From Tubulanus polymorphus (Eukaryota; Animalia; Nemertea), in NCBI RefSeq assembly GCF_964204645.1, contig NW_027437449.1:1-64000 (forward strand): a stretch of DNA of 64,000 nt, read 5' to 3'. Of the stretch, positions 61,701-64,000 are shown piece by piece. The translations under genes and the position numbers were made by a program. The notes below the pieces were generated by a model. It saw only the letters and a program-made list of their open reading frames with translations, was not told the origin of the DNA and ran no database searches. Positions within the stretch are counted from its first letter, which is position 1. Every line of letters starts with the position of its first letter.

Positions 61701-64000
61701 ATATTTGTGTAATCAACTAGATTTCAGCGTCCAATGAAATCAATTTTTAGGTCCTGAAAACAACAATCTCAAAGAAATTGTTCCGAGTAAGAGTTCAATT
61801 TCAAGTCACGGCCGAGGGTATATAGTTTGAGAGTCTTGTGACAAAGGCATCATGTGTTATTTGAGTATATTTTAAGTGACCACATTTCACTCAGACTCCA
61901 GATCGACTTTGATAAACAAAGCTTTGAAGATGTCCGATCAAATAAACCTAAAATAATATCGTAAGTTATCAATGTATCTAGATTCAGATGGCGCTGTATA
62001 AAATACTAGTAATTAAAAGTGAATAAAATCACGGGTTTTCTGTTTATTCGAACTCCTTGTGATTTGAGGCAGTATTTTCATTGGTTGAGATTTGAACCTG
62101 TGTTTGATGTTTGCGCGGTTGGTCTTGTAAATAAATAAACTGATATTATTGAAAAGTTCTCATGTTCTTGTTCAGGATTGAGATTCTATGGAGATATTAC
62201 TGTTTCACTAAACAGTCACATATGAATTTTAAGAACCGTGGAATTCGGTCCAGATTAGATATAAACTTTGTATAAAGGTTTTTTTAAATTTTAAAGTTCA
62301 ATCTGTGATCAATGCAAAGCTTATATCACCTCTTTAAAATCGAGACGTTGCTTGTGACATAAAAATGATAAAGTTCTATGCATTCTGATAAGAGTATTTG
62401 ACTCATTGAGCTGAACGACAGATTTCAGTAAACAATTGAATTGACCTGATTGTACTTTTTAATGGTTTCATATATAATTTTGTCGCTCATTCTAAGGAAT
62501 ATATATGTTAAACAATAAATTCAGCTAATGACCATCTGTACTATACATAATCAGGACTCAAACAGGACCTAGCGCCTGATGTAGGTTCAGACATACACAT
62601 TTTTGGTTAAGTTAACATTTTTAGAATTTTGATTTCAATCCATAAACATGCTGAACAGATTTAAGAGTCTTTAAATCAGCTGGTATATACTGGTCTATTA
62701 TAACTGCTTTTTATTGTGTTAAATATCATCCTCGCTTGCCAGGGTTTGATTGCGAGGACGGTTAAATATATGATATTGAAATGATGCGCATACGACCAAG
62801 AGAATTCGAATGTTGAGACCTCTGTTGCCCGGTACAGATGCAGCAACTATTGATGTCTCGGTTATAGTTTGCACGTAATTTAGGCCCTAGATTTTCTTGT
62901 TGTATTAAGTCTAACATGTCTCACTTAAACCAATAAGTTTTTATGTGGAACCTGGGCCATTTTAACCTAACCAACGTTTGATTCTGATGGTTCGGTTAGA
63001 TACGTGTTCATTGATGACAGGTGCGTCAACATATATCACATGTACATGTCACATGATAAAAACCACTCGCAGTGAAAAGACTGATATTTTTGCTAATTTT
63101 AAGAATTGTATAAAATGCGTCTCATTAATCGATGTTTTCGATTTAGGGCCAAACTATTGTCGGAAGATTTAAAGCCTAGCTAAAGATGAATTAAACTTCT
63201 TTCAGCTGTTTTAATAGCAGCTTTGCGAAATTCCGCCGGTAGCATTTTATTTTAGTGCAAAGCCATTGCAACAGACGGGCTGAAATAAACACCATCAGAA
63301 ATTGTCACCTTTCTGCCTTCAACCAGCCCTGGCAGTGGTTGTCTCCACAGGATCATCCTAGTGTACCCAACTGCCCAGACACCTCAAATTCGCGTGACTT
63401 TGACACCGACCACATTTCAAGCGGCTTTTTTATCTGTGTTTAAACTGCGATATCTCAGCTCATAAACAACTCATTTTGATAACTTTCTACACTGACCTTA
63501 AGACGTTTTACGTTTATATCTTTTTGACGATTGAATTTAATTACGGTCACCAGTCACCAGTTTGAACCGGTTGTTTTCACAGTACGTGATATTTTCCATG
63601 AATTCCTTTCATCAATTTATAACCATTTTTATATCTTTATTTCTTGAAGAAAAGCTGTTACTATTGGTCAAACAATATCAGTCACATGATTGACCTATTT
63701 CTGTACGTTATAGCATTGTTTATCGGTGTCCCGGAAAAAAATGTCCCATTTTTGTAAGGTAGGAAAACATGTCCCGGTCTATCATTACTAACTTTTTAAT
63801 TTAGTCAATTTCACATCAAAATAACACCAGAGAACAAACTTGGCAATACATTTTGATTACATTTTTAACATCTAACAAAGAATGGCTCTACTTTGATTTG
63901 ATTAATTTGTATGTAAAATCCTCTTAAGTTTGACGTATTTATTTAAGTAACAGTGCTTTTACTTAATAACTTTTCATAATGTTCTCCATTAATAATATAT

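Overview
Intron-rich, AT-rich animal DNA, most consistent with a lophotrochozoan invertebrate (inferred from gene content; not prokaryotic). From left to right: exon 1 of engrailed (-; homeobox exon lies left of the window), HDDC3/MESH1 (+, 4 exons), eIF4B (-, ~16 exons) head-to-head with LZTFL1 (+, 9 exons), an intron-containing tRNA-Leu(CAA), an orphan multi-pass membrane protein with a PPxY tail, a ~1970-aa CUB/C-type-lectin/LDLa/LRR GRL101-like GPCR, a secreted WAP-domain protein, a possible spliced ncRNA/micropeptide locus, and a NACHT-LRR (NLR) gene (-). Introns hold many minisatellites and MITEs. Main highlights: (1) the NLR has no visible death-fold domain; its N-terminus comes from a triplicated short exon, one copy of which encodes an RHIM-like (candidate amyloid-signalling) motif, and I can build an in-frame 1045-aa model across five exons; (2) two minimal Penelope-type hammerhead ribozymes, one in the loop of a long hairpin in the engrailed intron and one in a pLTR-like insertion in the NLR intron; (3) a young Ginger-like MITE (188-bp TIRs, 4-bp TSD) just upstream of the GPCR; (4) a kB-site cluster behind eIF4B and arrays of CTCF-like motifs in its introns. 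All exon structures were derived by eye from GT/AG sites and reading frame, without transcript data.
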